Shown here in pieces: positions 1-14,534 of a DNA stretch of 64,000 nt. Location of the stretch: positions 26,288,001 to 26,352,000 of the forward strand of contig OZ024751.1 of the NCBI GenBank assembly GCA_964016885.1, in the 5' to 3' direction. Every line of letters starts with the position of its first letter. Position 1 is the first letter of the stretch. The translations under genes were made by a program, and so were the position numbers. The stretch is from Eledone cirrhosa. Lineage: Eukaryota. A model generated the notes under the pieces. The model was not told where the DNA came from. It was given only the letters and a program-made list of their open reading frames with translations, and made no database searches.

Positions 1-306
1 GGAGAAGGGATTGCACACTTTTTTCGGGGGTGTGTGCGACCCCCCAAACGCCCCCTCCCTATTGAGGACTTTATTGTTAATTTTATATTTGTTATTTGTT
101 TTCTTTACTCGCCTTTTTGTGTAAACTCCCCCCCATTGTACTTGTCCCACTTTTCGATGCCCTGGTGGCAAATAAAAAGAAACATATCTATCTATCTAAA
201 CATATCTATATATATATATATATAATGGAAAAATTTGAACAGGAACAAAACAGAGAGGCAGTACAACGAATGTTTATTAATTTCACGCTCTGGAGAGTGG
301 GGTGTT

Positions 307-363
<57 letters not shown>

Positions 364-407
364 AGATCAAAAGATGGTTAAAGGAGTTCCATATATTTTA
401 TTATGCG

Positions 408-492
<85 letters not shown>

Positions 493-641
493 TACACACA
501 CGATTAAAGTGTGTGTCACATACTGTTCCTTTGCAGTCATATATCGACATGTGTATATATATATATATTGTATATACACCATCACACACATCCACATTTT
601 TATGCTTTCACAAAAGATTATATACCCCTCTCTCTCTTACC

Positions 642-679
<38 letters not shown>

Positions 680-2561
680 TACCTATATAACGTATACATA
701 CATAAGCTGACAGTTACCTGTAACTACCAATATAAAGTATATACTCATACACAAACCGACAGTTATTATCCAGCGTGAACAAGTTCAAATGTATATAAGC
801 TATAACCAACAGGTGTTTCTCTAGTTAAACCGCTAGAAACAGTAGCCAAATCCCCCCTCACTGTCCCTCTTCATTGAAAATTGGAGACGTTGTAAGTGGA
901 TTTAATAAATGGAATACACCTGTCGTTTCCGACAATATTGGAACAACCTCTTCTATTTACCCCCTTTTGATACCAAACCCCCGGAAACCGACCTGGTCTT
1001 ACTATAGAAGACTGTTAGGTTTAAAATGTAGATACTTAAAAACCTTCCGCCATAATTTTATCTAAAAGCCTCTAAGTTCCAAATACCAGATTAATGGATA
1101 ACAAGTTATATTACTAAATTCCTCCAAATTTTTGATTATTTTCAAAATGATTTTAAAATCATAAGCAGAGTTTTTATATTGAGGGGAGGTGTGTGGCCTA
1201 GTGGTAAGGGTGTTGGACTTACGATCATGATGTCGTGGGTTCGATTCCTGTTGTGTTTTTGAACAAAACACTTTGTCAGTATAGTTGGGGTTTTAGCTGT
1301 GATGTCCCGGGGGAAAGTTTTGTACTCTCAGTCGAAACAGGGAGTCTGCCTCAAGCCTTATCACCACCAACAACAACAGTTTAGCCTTTGCATCAGAAAT
1401 ATGGCAATGAAATGACCACATATCTTTTCAAAAACCTTCCATGGTCAGGTTAAGCTTGTTGAAGATATCTGACGTATTATTTATGGTAGCCAAAAAATGA
1501 ATTTGGTTCCCTTTGAATATTATAGGGTCCCTGCCTGCAACTCCATCAGTCGCCTTTCTTTTAAGCTGCCATCAACATTTGTTTCAGACCGAGATCTGGT
1601 TAACCTCAGAAGCATAACTACACCCTAGACTTTATTTCCTCGTAACTTTCTTAATAATCAATAGTTATTAACATTTTATCGATACGTTTTCGAGTGTATA
1701 TTATGATTGATGAAAATGAACCCCCCACCAAAGCACACTTATTAGGGCTCCCTCGTCGACTAGTGTAATGAAACTGGTGAATCGGACGAGTTATTTTCTT
1801 TTTCTTCAAACGAGATCTTTGTCTCTGACTCTCGTTGAAGTTTATATCTAAATTACCTTATCACCACCAACAACAGTAACTCAGCCATAGACACGTGCTC
1901 TACCATCACCATTTATCCATACCTAATTATACCTGAACTACTTCACCCTACTTTCTCGTCTTTCCACCCCTCCACCTGTCTTTTCTTATCTCTTTTCCCT
2001 ATCTTTAATGCAATTATATGATAGGATATATATATATATATATATATGTGCTCTCATCCCCTTCCTTCGATATCAACAGGAAGTGCTTCTTTCCTTTCGC
2101 CCGTCCATCCGGTTTTAGAGGCGTTAACAGCTCTCATCACTACCGTCGTTACCAGCACCACCACACGTTACCACCACCACACGTTACCACCACCACACGT
2201 TACCACCACCACTATCACAATACGTTACCACCACCACCACCGCCACTACTTTTATCATTATCACCATCACACACCCTTATAGCCATGATACCACTTTAAA
2301 TAAATTATTCAACATATTCATAAACTAATGAAAGAACCTGATAACAACCAAATTAGCAATAATTTTTACTTGTATATATATATATATATATCGTTGTACA
2401 TGTGTATATATACTGTCGTAATGTCTATATACTGTTGTACATGTGTAGATACTGTCGTAATGTGACAATAAACTGTTAATTAGTGAAGAATTTTGAGGTA
2501 TTTACTAAATTTATAATTTCATTACTAAGACAGTAATTTAACATATGGTTCTTATATAAAA

Positions 2562-3204
2562 CTAGCTGGCCCCGTGCTGTCAAAAATGACGGCTAAATGT
2601 AATATCTATACATAATATAAAAAAGATGTTTGATACAACCACACCCCCTCCTTCCTCAGTCGACGTTATCACCTTTCCTTCCTCAGTCGACGTTATCACC
2701 CCTTCCTTCTTCAGTCGACGTTATCACCCTTCCTTCCTCAGTCGACGTTATCACCCTTCCTTCCTCAGTCGACGTTATCACCCCTCCCTTCCTCAGTCGA
2801 CGTTATCACCCTTCCTTCCTCAGTCGACGTTATCACCCCTTCCTTCCTCAGTCGACGTTATCACCCCTTCCTTCCTCAGTCGACGTTATCACCCCTTCCT
2901 TCCTCAGTCGACGTTATCACCCCTCCTTCCTCAGTCGACGTTATCAACCCTTCCTTCCTCAGTCGACGTTATCACCCTTCCTTCCTCAGTCGACGTTATC
3001 ACCCCTTCCTTCCTCAGTCGACGTAATCACCGCTTCCTTCCTCAGTCGACGTAATCACCCCTTCCTTCCTCAGTCGACGTTATCACCCCTTCCTTCCTCA
3101 GTCGACGTAATCACCCCTTCCTTCCTCAGTCGACGTTATCACCCCTTCCTTCCTCAGTCATCTCTACACGCTATGGACATACACACAGCTATTATATTAG
3201 TAGA
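2562..3204 (-). mobile_element. Non-autonomous Helitron (family A) with internal ~27-bp tandem array
   Basis: On the minus strand it starts TC(TACTAATATAA) and ends CTAG, between host A and T with no TSD; imperfect subterminal hairpin gctgtca-aaaa-tgacggc. Confidence 0.75.
2648..3160. repeat. ~27-bp minisatellite (cttccttcctcagtcgacgttatcacc)
   Basis: About 19 near-identical units inside the Helitron. Confidence 0.95.
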
Positions 3205-3433
3205 TTATGTTGGAAGATTCAAATTTAAACAGACTGATTATATTTCATAAAAACTAGGGATAGTCTTGACTGGGGATTCACAGCTACACTAAATGTATGT
3301 TTATTGTACATTAACATATTACATATGGCATTATATACCATTTTATTGTTTCTGAATCACGCTGTCTCGGTTTTATTGTTAATACAAATGTTTGTAAAGA
3401 CAGGGTATATATTCCACCTTTATTACACCATAT

Positions 3434-3515
<82 letters not shown>

Positions 3516-3972
3516 ATTACAAACACGCCCTTAACACATACACACCTTTATAAACATGCTCTCATACACATACACACATACACGCCCTCACACACATGCT
3601 CTCATACACACCGTTTCACACCCTTGCATGCACACACACACACATGCACACACACACACATGCACACACACACACATGCACACACACACACATGCACCCT
3701 TACAAACATACACGCCCTCACACACATACACAATCTCATACGCCTTCACATAACATTGCACACACATACATACATAGACACACATACATACATAGACACA
3801 CACACACACACACATACATAGACCCCCCATCCCATCCCCTCGGTGGGGGTAACATTTCCATGAAGCACTGTTCCCCCTCTCCCTCCCTGATAACATTTCA
3901 ATGTAGAAACTAATCCTATATCAAGATGACTGTCAAATGTTATTCCTGAAAACTATATGACCAGTTACACAT

Positions 3973-4960
3973 GGTGGTGGTGGTGGTGGAGGTGTGATTG
4001 CAGCGGTGATGGTGGTGGTGTGGTTGCAGCGGTGGTGGTGGTGTAGTGGTGGTGGTGGTGTGATTGCAGCGGTGATGGTGGTGGTGGTGGAGGTGTGATT
4101 GCAGTGGTGGTGGTGTAGTGGTGGTGGTGGTGTGATTGCAGCGGTGATGGTGGTGGTGGTGGAGGTGTGATTGCAGTGGTGGTGGTGGTGGAGGTGTGAT
4201 TGCAGCGGTGATGGTGGTGGTGTGATTGCAGCGGTGATGGTGGTGTGGTGGAGGTGTGATTGCAGTGGTGGTGGTGGTGGAGGTGTGATTGCAGCGGTAG
4301 TGTAGTGGTGGTGGTGGTGGTGTGATTGCAGCGGTGGTGGTGGTGGTGTGATTGCAGCGGTGATGGTGGTGGTGTGATTGCAGCGGTGATGGTGGTGGTG
4401 GTGGTGGAGGTGTGATTGCAGCGGTGATGGTGGTGGTGGTGGTGGAGGTGTGATTGCAGCGGTGATGGTGGTGGTGGTGGAGGTGTGATTGCAGTGGCGG
4501 TGGTGGTGGAGGTGTGATTGCAGCGGCGATGATGGCAGTAGTGTAGTGGTGGTGGGGGTGTGATTGCAGCGGTGATGATGGCGGTAGTGTAGTGGTGGTG
4601 GTGGTGGTGGAGGTGTGATTGCAGCGGTGATGATGGCGGTAGTGTAGTGTAGTGGTGGTGGGGGTGTGATTGCAGCGGTGATGATGGCGGTAGTGTAGTG
4701 GTGGTGGTGGTGTGATTGCAGCGGTGATGATGGCGGTAGTGTAGTGGTGGTGGTGGTGGTGTGATTGCAGTAGTGATAATAGTGATTGTAGTGGTGATGA
4801 TAGTGGTGGTGTTGGTGGTGATGGTGGTGGTGGTGTGATTGCAGTAGTGATAATAGTGTGGTTGCAGTGGTGATAATGATGGTGGTGGTAATACTGGTGT
4901 TGATGGTGATGGTGTTGATGGTGCTGATGGTGCTGGCAGTGATGCTAATGCTAGCTTGTG
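3973..4960. repeat. GTG-rich compound minisatellite
   Basis: Recurrent gtgtgattgcagcggtgatg separated by (GTG)n. Confidence 0.9.
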
Positions 4961-5218
4961 GTTGTGTAATGGCAGTGGTAGAATATAAGGATTTAATGAA
5001 AGATTAGCGTTCGGAACAAAAAAAAAAAAAATTTTTTATTCCATTTTAAATATTATCAAAGACTGAAGGGAAAGTAATTAAGTTAATTATATTTCTGTAT
5101 ATTTAATTAATGAGACAATATCATCACTAATACTTCAGCAAGTTAGGCTGAAGAATTTCAATAATGCTGAAACCTGTCCAGATTTATCTCTCATATTTCT
5201 CTATGACTGACAAGAAAT

Positions 5219-5253
<35 letters not shown>

Positions 5254-5544
5254 TAAGAAGTAAGAATGGCGCTGTGTTGTAAATATTATTTAGAAAACGT
5301 GAGAGAAACACAAGGACAATTCTTGCACATCAACTGTCTTCTGTGGATCACTGAAGTTTCAATCACATAAATATATACATATATATATATTATATAGGGG
5401 AAAATGAAGAAATCGACGAAAATGCAACTGGAGTCTTTTTGTATAAAAATATATTTATTTGGTTCCTTTACCGGTTTCGCAGTTCTTCTGCTTTTCAAAA
5501 TTAGATTTGAGATGGAGGCTTTGTGGTTTTTCTCACACATATAT

Positions 5545-5875
5545 ATTATCATCATTTTACGTCCGCTTTTCCCTGCTTGCAAGGGTGGGACGGGAACTGA
5601 TTCTGGCTTGATTTCTACAGCTGGATGCCCTTCCTAACACCAACCTCATTTACAGTGAGTGCTGGGTGCTTTTTTCCGTGGCACCTACACGACCACTTTA
5701 CAGTGGAATGATATGGACCCCAGTCCCTATCATCTCAATTTTACAGCTGAGTAAACTGGAGCAATGTGAAATAAAGTGTCTTGCTCAAGGAAACAACACA
5801 TCACCTGGTCTGAGAATTGAACTCACAACCTTTCGATTGCAAGGTCAATGCTCTAACCACTAAGCCATGTGCCTC
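5545..5875 (-). mobile_element. tRNA-derived SINE with RTE-like (GAT)n tail
   Basis: A box tggcttagtgg and B box gagttcaattc on the minus strand; near-identical to 25942-26270 and 51712-52050. Confidence 0.85.
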
Positions 5876-5891
5876 TCTCTCTCTCTCTCTA

Positions 5892-6062
5892 TAATAAGCA
5901 GCACAATATAATTATTCCATTACCCAAGGTTTCACAGAATTAGATGATTCTAACAGAAACGTCTAGTTCGTTCATCAGATATTTTATAACATAATTAAAT
6001 AGCTCTGTACTATACATTGAGCACTCTTCTCTCCTTTGCCTTTTCTACGGAAATACTTAACA
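5892..6062. mobile_element. Penelope-like pLTR remnant (family 4) with hammerhead core on minus strand 5921-5978
   Basis: Minus strand CTGATGA-ACGAACTAGA..TCTAATTCTGT-GAAACCTT; plus-strand tail ends at (TA)n; related to 45291-45495 and 17155-17220. Confidence 0.6.
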
Positions 6063-6086
6063 TATATATATATATATATATATATG

Positions 6087-6430
6087 AGAGACGGTTTTAT
6101 TTGTGCATCTTCATTTTATTACATAATTCTATTATATGTATTTCAAAGATGTCAGTGGTTGTATGATACCTCTTTGGCATGTTTTCACCATATAGTGTAA
6201 GGTGTATTTTCCTACCTATTGATATGTTACTGGTTTCTTGTGTTGTTTACATCGCTGACCAGTACCCATATGGAATTATGTGATAAAATGAAGATGTACG
6301 AATAAAACCGTCTCTCTTATTTATTATATTAAAACTCCGGTTGATACCTTACAGAGAAAATCCTAAGGAATACAAATCGTTGAGTGCTTTACGTCTGTTT
6401 GCAAAACCAACTTTCATCAACTGAATAATA
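6087..6430 (+). mobile_element. (TA)n-flanked element with ~45-bp inverted arm, Penelope-like architecture
   Basis: gagagacggttttatt..acataattc (6087-6130) is complementary to gaattatgt..aaaaccgtctctc (6273-6318); no clean ribozyme core. Confidence 0.45.
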
Positions 6431-6439
6431 TATATAATA

Positions 6440-7013
6440 CTAGCAGTGGTACACGGCGTTGCACAGGATAAGGTATTGTGAAATATATAACCACCTTAGC
6501 TAAGCTTAGTATTGCCACAACCACGGCTGGCAAAGAAGTAAGGGTCTGGTGGTACGCAAGTAAGCAACACTGTGGCTTAAAACGTGAGGAAGAAGTTGTG
6601 TGCACTTACCAACTGTTTGGGGAATGAGTGTGAGATTTGTCTTGAGCAAGGGTGGCAGAATAACCGGAGGCAGCAGACAGACAGACATACAGACTAATAT
6701 TATAAGGGCGCGTTCTGGACGCAGAGCGAATTGTAGGAAGTGACGTAATGCAGACATACAGACAGATATTATAAGGGCGTGACGTAATATGTATGTATCT
6801 ATCTAAAAAGAGAAAGACCAAGAATTATAGAGAGAGATCGCTAAATCGCCTAATGCGATTGAAATTTGAAATTTTTTTTGCTCATAACACTCCCTGAAAC
6901 ATAAGTATTACATGTGTAAAGTTTGAAAACAGTCAGTTTGGTGTTTCTCTAGTTTTAGGGATTCAAACTCACACACACACAGACAGACATCCTCAGTTTT
7001 ATATATATATAGA
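6440..7013 (-). mobile_element. Non-autonomous Helitron (family B)
   Basis: Minus strand TCTATATATA...CTAG termini, A|T target; terminal ~110 bp shared with 8933-9787. Confidence 0.75.
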
Positions 7014-7740
7014 TATATATCTCTCTCTCTCTATATATATATAGATATATATCTCTCTCTCTATATATATATATATATATCTATATATATGTAAATGATA
7101 AACAGAAATAACAACACAATCGGTACAGTATATGGAAGGTATTTATTAGCTTAACGCTTGATATAGCAGTCCTTATTTCTAGTTTTATGATATCAAATAC
7201 AATTATCCAGAATTTATATTTTAAATGTATATTTAGTTATTTTAGCAAATATATAAAAATAATTTAAAGTAGAGAAAATTAAGAAATGCTTTTTTTTTTC
7301 TTTTGAGAATAGTTATAAAAACTATATTTAGAATTTGTATTTAAATATTTTAACCAATAAATAAAAATAGTTTAAACTACAGAAAATCATTAAATACTTT
7401 CTTATTCCATAAAACAAACAATTATTAAGCCTTTATATTTAGAATTTCAATTTGTATCTTTCAGATTTTAGAAAAATATGAATGACTATTATTTTCATGT
7501 CTTCTCTGACTACATTTAGCTGTACACCTTTTCAGAATAACTGCTCAGGGCAAATATATAAATATAATTACAGGTTTTTAATTATAAGCCTTGCTGTGAA
7601 AACGATGAAGTGTAAACACACTTTTTATTATTCCCTCTCTACACAAAAACAAAATTTAAATAAATATAGGGGACCACTGGTCAAAGGATTCAGTCAAATC
7701 TCAGTATCTTTTGACACATTCTTCATTCAATTATATATTA

Positions 7741-7926
7741 CCATATTATACTTGAATATAAGCCAAAGAATATGTGACCAAAAAAATCAATGGTAAAATA
7801 AGGGAAGTGATATGCCATCTAAACAGTGTGTTGATTTGCTGCCTTGGCTTATAAATGGGGGTGAGTTTTGGGCCCATCTCTCAGACGTAAAATAGAGGAG
7901 TCGGCTTATATTCAAGTATAATACAG
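7741..7926. mobile_element. Tc1/pogo-type MITE
   Basis: TIRs ccatattatacttgaatataagcc / ggcttatattcaagtataatacag with TA on both sides; relative at 53564-54043. Confidence 0.7.
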
Positions 7927-8932
7927 TAGTTGGATGGCACCAGATTCTTCTAGTCACTTCTAGAAATGTCATGAGCAATCCCATAACTATTTGCTGAGAC
8001 ACAAATTCATTTGTGTCTCAAAGAACACATAAACCCCTACCACTACACCTATAATGAAGAATTATCAAAATATAATAAAGAAATAACAAAACATGGAATG
8101 GTAATTAAGAGAACTATTCATAGATGGCAGCACTTTAATTTGGAGGGGGAAAAGTATTTTATTTTTATTTATTTATTTATTTTTTTTAGAATTAATGTAA
8201 AATTAAATGAAGAATTTGTCAAAAGATGATGGAATTTGTACCAATTGTCAGAACAGTACTTCCCAACTTGAACTCTTTTAATAACATATTTTTAATGAAA
8301 TACATCACCACCACCACCACCATTGCAACCATCACCACCATTATCACCATCATCACCATCATCACCATCACCATTATCACCATCATCATCACCATCATCA
8401 CCATTATCACCATCATCATCATCATCACGATCATCACCATCACCATTGCAACCATCATCGTCATTTAATGTCTGCTTTCCCTGAGTCAGTACTGAAGCGA
8501 GGCTACTGACCTCCGGGATGGACCAGATGTTCATATCTCACTTATATACAGCCCCACGCTCTACCAGATACATTTTATCATGGTACCAGCACTACAGAGG
8601 TTGTCATGTCCTTGACACAGGTCCTACCAACAAAATACACCGTATTTCATTTAATTAATGAGGAAGTTGACTAAATTTATTTCTTGGCAGAATTGGTAGT
8701 GTCGGGGAACAGGCTTTGCAGCATAGAGTTGCGGCCCTCTACATTCTGAGTTCAAATCCCACCAAAGTTAGCTTTGTCTTTCATCGTAACGGGGTCAATA
8801 AAGCACCAGTAATACACTGGGGTTGATTTAATCGACTTTCCCTTCCCCTTCAAATTACTGGCCTTGTGCCTAAAGTAGAAATTATTAAGATGGTATTTGT
8901 AGCATAATGTAATACAAGGTTCTTATAACAAA

Positions 8933-9787
8933 CTAGCAGCAGGACCTGGCGTTGCACGGAGTAGGAAACGTGAAATAGCAACATGCATATGCAAAGATTG
9001 AGGAATGTAGCTGTGTATATTTTGAATTCCCTTATCTTATTCTCAGGGAATGATTGAGGAGCGACGTAGTGAATTGTGTGAAAACCATGTAGGGATGTAC
9101 GTTTAAGTAGGGATATTGAGATGACGAAATCAGCATGGCAACGCAGCTGCAACAGAAGGGGGTCATAGTGCAATTAGCACAAACGCTGGGCAGCACTGGT
9201 TGCACTGCGTTTACACAGCAACAAAGGTGCAACAAAAGGGGTCACCGCGGAATTGGCACAACTGCTGTCCGGCGTACTTTCGCAGGACGTTCATACTGCG
9301 GTGTAGGTGCAACAAAAGGGGTCTTAGTAGAAGTAGGACAGACATGAGTTTTACGGTGTCAATGACACGCCAACGTACACAGAGCTCGGATTTGCGCGTG
9401 ATGAAAGCACGAAGTGTCAACAGGGTGCCGACAAATTTTGAGGTCCTCCTTAGTGGTCATGTTTAAAAGTAAGTGTTGTGTCCTCTGTTAAATAAACCAA
9501 ATTTTTAACGAAATATTATACGCTACTTACAATGTTTAAGTAGTGTTTATATTGAAAATGAAAATGGCATGTAATGCCCAATGCTAATTCGTAAATTTCC
9601 TAGAAACCATTAAGTTATGCCTCAAAAAAACCCTAGGACAGAAAAAGTTAAATTCTTTTTTTAGCCCATTGCACTTCAAGCAATATAAGTAACGCATGTG
9701 TAAAGTTTGAAAAAAATCGGTTTGGTACTTCTCGAGTTTTAGGGATTTACACAGACAGACGGACATCCTCTGTTTTATATATATAGA
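8933..9787 (-). mobile_element. Non-autonomous Helitron (family B)
   Basis: ctagcagcaggacctggcgttgcacgg at one end and cagacagac..ttttatatatataga at the other; A|T insertion with no TSD. Confidence 0.78.
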
Positions 9788-10860
9788 TTATATTGGAAGA
9801 TTATAATGTAAATAGGAACTCTTTAAAATTGCTTCTTTTGTTTCAAAAGCCAGACGTAGTTTTTAGTAGGTTGCTATCAAAATGTGGTTTTTTAATACAA
9901 AACTGGCTCAGGTTCTATGATACATAGCTGTATACTTTAAAGTATTTATGTTTATCTAAAATCCTTCCTTCATAATGTTTATATAAGAATATTTGTTAAG
10001 TTTATAGGATATAAGATGACTAGTTAGGAAGTTGGTTAGTTGTTAAGTGTCATTGACATTGAATTATGTCCCAATAGTAGCCAAAATAATGACCTCTCTA
10101 TAGCCCTCCTTTATTTAACTCTTGTCATATAAAACACCCAAAACTGATCTTCATTCTGTAATACTAAACTGTTTATAGTGTTATATTTATCTAGAAACCT
10201 CTTATTATAATACAATGTAAGAACCTTTAAGTTATGTTCCAGCTTATTAATGAGGAAGTTATAATTCTAAGTCCTTCAAAATTAAGGTTAAAAGCAGTAG
10301 TGAGATTTGTCTGCTATTTCTAGCAGGTTGTGTTAGTACATAGACATCCACATTGGTTTGTCCAAATTTTTGATAATTTTCAAAATTATTTGAAAATAAT
10401 CCGTGTTAGTGTCTATCATTATACTAACAGAAGGGTTCTAAACACCAGTTTAATGGTGGTAGGTTACTAACAATATAATGGTAGGTTACTAACAATATAA
10501 TGGTAGGTTACTAACATTATAATGGTAGTTACTAACATTATAACAATAACTGTTAATTTCCACAATATAATAGTATTGTGTCATATACTTAGGTTTAAAC
10601 AATAACCTAGTTTCTAGATTATTGTAGGTGAAGTTTTAAGTAGAACACAGTTGTCCATCTCACCAGGGGTTAGGGTTCATTATAGTGGTGGTGATGGTGG
10701 TGGTACTGTTGTAGTGCTGTTGGTGGTACTGTTGTAGTTGGTAATGGTGGTGGTACTGTTGTAGTTTTTGGTGCTGGTGGAAGGGGACAAGTGATGACAA
10801 AATCAAAAGAGAGGGTGGAGTTCATTCCAAAATACTGAACTGTCTATGTTTTTGTCTCGT

Positions 10861-10885
<25 letters not shown>

Positions 10886-10891
<6 letters not shown>

Positions 10892-11357
10892 ATTAAATAA
10901 ATGGAAAACTATATTTATAAAACCATATTTATTTCATTATATATATTTCGGGGATATCATATTAACAATATGCTATGCCTTCATCAGACAAAATACAATA
11001 TAAACAGTTTTATAGATAAATATATTCGACATACCGTAATAACATCGACTTGCATTTGAAGAGGTTTACGCTAGAGGTTTACTGCTAGCGTAAACCTCTT
11101 CAAATGAAGTTGATGTTTATTACGGTATGTCGAATATATTTATCTATAAAACTGTTTATATTGTATTTTGTCTGATGAAGGCATAGCATATTGTTAATAT
11201 GATATCCCCGAAATATATATAATGAAATAAATATGGTTTTATAAATATAGTTTTCCATTTATTTAATATTGTAAATATACTCCAAATATTTGTCGAGTGC
11301 TTTTATATCAGTTATAAATATTTACTAGTTGTAACCCAACAATTTTAAATATAACTT

Positions 11358-11360
<3 letters not shown>
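10886..11360 (+). mobile_element. Penelope-like pLTR element (family 1) with ~190-bp inverted arm
   Basis: 10886-11273 is a near-perfect palindrome; (TA)n on both sides; contains a hammerhead motif. Confidence 0.75.
11164..11229 (+). ncRNA. Minimal hammerhead ribozyme motif (family 1)
   Basis: TATTTTGT-CTGATGA-long stem II-GAAATATATATA-ATGAAATA; stem I pairs with G-U wobbles; self-complementary stem III. Confidence 0.65.
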
Positions 11361-11401
<41 letters not shown>

Positions 11402-11727
11402 GAAAAAGAAGCTTTCACCGTATTTTTTTTTTTACTAAAGAAATTTTAGCCTGATAATGGGGTTAGAACCTTCAAAGAAATGGAAAAAGATGAGTATAAA
11501 CCCCAACTAATCTCACCTCCGACATGCTTGCAATTCACTTTTTTTTCTGAAAATGGAATGGGGGAGGGGCGAGAGATTTTACGTGAAAAACTTTATTACC
11601 AAATATTATTTGGTAATATTTGCAGAGTAGAAACTGGCTTTTTATAAGTATTATATATATATATATACACACACATTCTATTCTGGATTTGAAACTATTC
11701 TTCAGCAATGATGTCCTTGAGAACTGA

Positions 11728-11787
<60 letters not shown>

Positions 11788-12420
11788 GCATATATATACA
11801 CACACATATACATATACAAATATACACACATCTCCATGCATTAAGGGTTTGGAACTGTGCTGCAATAACAAAAATGTCCTTGAGAACACAGAATATATAT
11901 ACATGCACACACACATATATATATATATATATACACACAAATACATACATACATACCTACATGCACACACACATATATATATATATATACACACAAATAC
12001 ATACATACCTACATGCACACACACATATATATATATATACACAAATACATACATACCTACATGCACACACACACATATATATATATACACAAATACATAC
12101 ATACCTACATGCATACACACACAAACACACATGCACACACACACACATATATATATATACACATACATACATACCTACATGCATACACACACAAATACGC
12201 ACATACCTACATGCATACACACACATACACACACATACATACACACTGATATGTCACCTCACTTTATTCCTAATTAAACCTTCATCTTGTTGTTGCTGTT
12301 GCTGCTGCTGTTGTTGTTGTTGCTCACTCTGTGGACCTTGCGTTTCTAGAAGGAAATGGTTACTGGCCTTCACTTCATGATTGCTTTTGGTTTAACTTTC
12401 CAGTAAATGATTGTCATTAT

Positions 12421-13212
12421 CTCCACCACCACCACCACCACCATCACCAACAACAACCTCCACCACCACTACCACCACCACCACTACCATCACCAACAAC
12501 AACCTCCACCACCACCATCACCAACAACCTCCACCACCACCATCACCAACAACCTCCACCACCACCACCATCACCAACAACAACCTCCACCACCACCACC
12601 ACCATCATCACCAACAACAACCTCCATCACCACCACCACCACCACCAACAACCTCCACCACCATCACCACCACCACTACCACCACCACTACCACCAACAC
12701 CACCAACACCACCACCACCAACAACCTCCACCACCATCACCACCACCACTACCACCACCACTACCACCAACACCACCAACACCACTACCACCATCACCAC
12801 CACCACCACTACCACCAACACCACCAACACCACTACCACCACCAACACCACTACCACCAACACCACTACCACCACCAACACTACCACCACTACCACCAAC
12901 GCCACCACCACCACTACCACCACTACCATCACCACCACCACTACCACCACCATCACCACCACTACCATCACCACGACCACCACCATCAACACCACCACCA
13001 CCACTACCACCACCACTACTATCACCACCACCATCACCACCACCATCACCACTACTACCACCACTACCATCACCACCACCACTACCATCACCACCACCAC
13101 CACCACTACCACCACCACTACCATCACCACGACCACCACCATCAACACCACCACCACCACCACTACTATCACCACCACCATCACCATCACCACTACTACC
13201 ACCACCACCATC
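12421..13212. repeat. (CAC/CAA/TAC)n trinucleotide low-complexity tract
   Basis: Source of the poly-T/P/H pseudo-ORFs. Confidence 0.95.
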
Positions 13213-13447
13213 AGTTCCAAGTACAAGAATCAGTTTTCATGTGACATTTCAGAGGGACCAGGTCACAGACAGGGAGAAACACACATTCACACACGCACAC
13301 ACTCTTTCTCTCTCACACACACACACGCACACGCATTCACACACACACACACTATCTCTCTCTCTCTCTCTCTCTCTCTCTTTCACACACACACACATTC
13401 ACTCTCTCTCTCTTTCTCTCTCTCACACACACGCACACACATTCACA

Positions 13448-13506
<59 letters not shown>

Positions 13507-13956
13507 ACATATATTGCCACAGAGTTTTAATAAAACTTTGTCCTAATATTATCCACAGTTCAAATTATTGTTCTAAATGTGGTTACTATGGTGGTAACTA
13601 TGGGAGGGAAAGAGGAAGAGGTTTGTAGCTGTGTGTGTGTAGTTGTAGCTGTGTGTGTGGTTGTAGCTGTGTGTGCGTGTATGTAGTTGTAGCTGTGTGT
13701 GTGTGTGGTTGTAGCTGTGTGTGTGTAGTTGTAGCTGTGTGTGTGTGGTTGTAGCTGTGTGTGCGTGTATGTAGTTGTAGCTGTGTGTGTGTGTGGTTGT
13801 AGCTGTGTGTGTGTGTGTATGTGGCTTTATATGCTTTTGTAACTGTGTATTTGTGGTATTGTGCGTATGTGTGTTTTGTTCACTGTATGAGTGTGTGTGG
13901 TTCTGCATGTAAGTTTGCAATGTGTGTGTGTCTAAATTTGTATGCTTTTGTATCTT

Positions 13957-14030
<74 letters not shown>

Positions 14031-14534
14031 AGTCTAAGTGTGTGTGTGTGTTTGCTACACCATTGTAAAGTAAATACCAGTAAGTTCTCACCTGGCCAAG
14101 GTTGACCAAGTGTCAGCTTCTAGAAAGTTCCTCCGTCACCCATACAACAGTCTCTTCACACCACTGATGTTATCCAAAGGACTGATACCACTTGGTACCA
14201 GTGTCATGAGCCAAACATCTGTACAACTTAGTAGTAAAATTAACATACTAGGCATTCCCAAAGTAATTCTCAGGGAGATTCAGCATGGGACAGTGTATGA
14301 CAAAGCTGACTCATCAAATGACAATTAGTTTCTGTTGCTCCCAATTAGGTCGACCTAAGGTAACTCCTGGCTAAGATTCCTCGACAGTGGAATATATAAG
14401 CCCCAAATATTACAGGGAGACTTATAAAGAACCCTTAACCCTTAACATGTTCAATATACACTGTCAAGACAGACAGCCCACAACTTCATCAGAAGATAGG
14501 GCCATTTCCTTCTCAAATGTAGTTTCAGCCTCAA

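Noticed and set aside
874-1900. Higher-complexity segment and 63-aa ORF
   Set aside because: No recognisable motif; possibly old retroelement debris but unsupported by eye.
8850-9466. Cluster of overlapping 67-107 aa ORFs
   Set aside because: GC-richer interior of a non-autonomous Helitron; no Rep/helicase or host-gene motif recognised.
12331-13546. Long ORFs rich in T, P or H (mucin- or extensin-like)
   Set aside because: Open in all frames because (CAC)n lacks stops; no splice or domain evidence.
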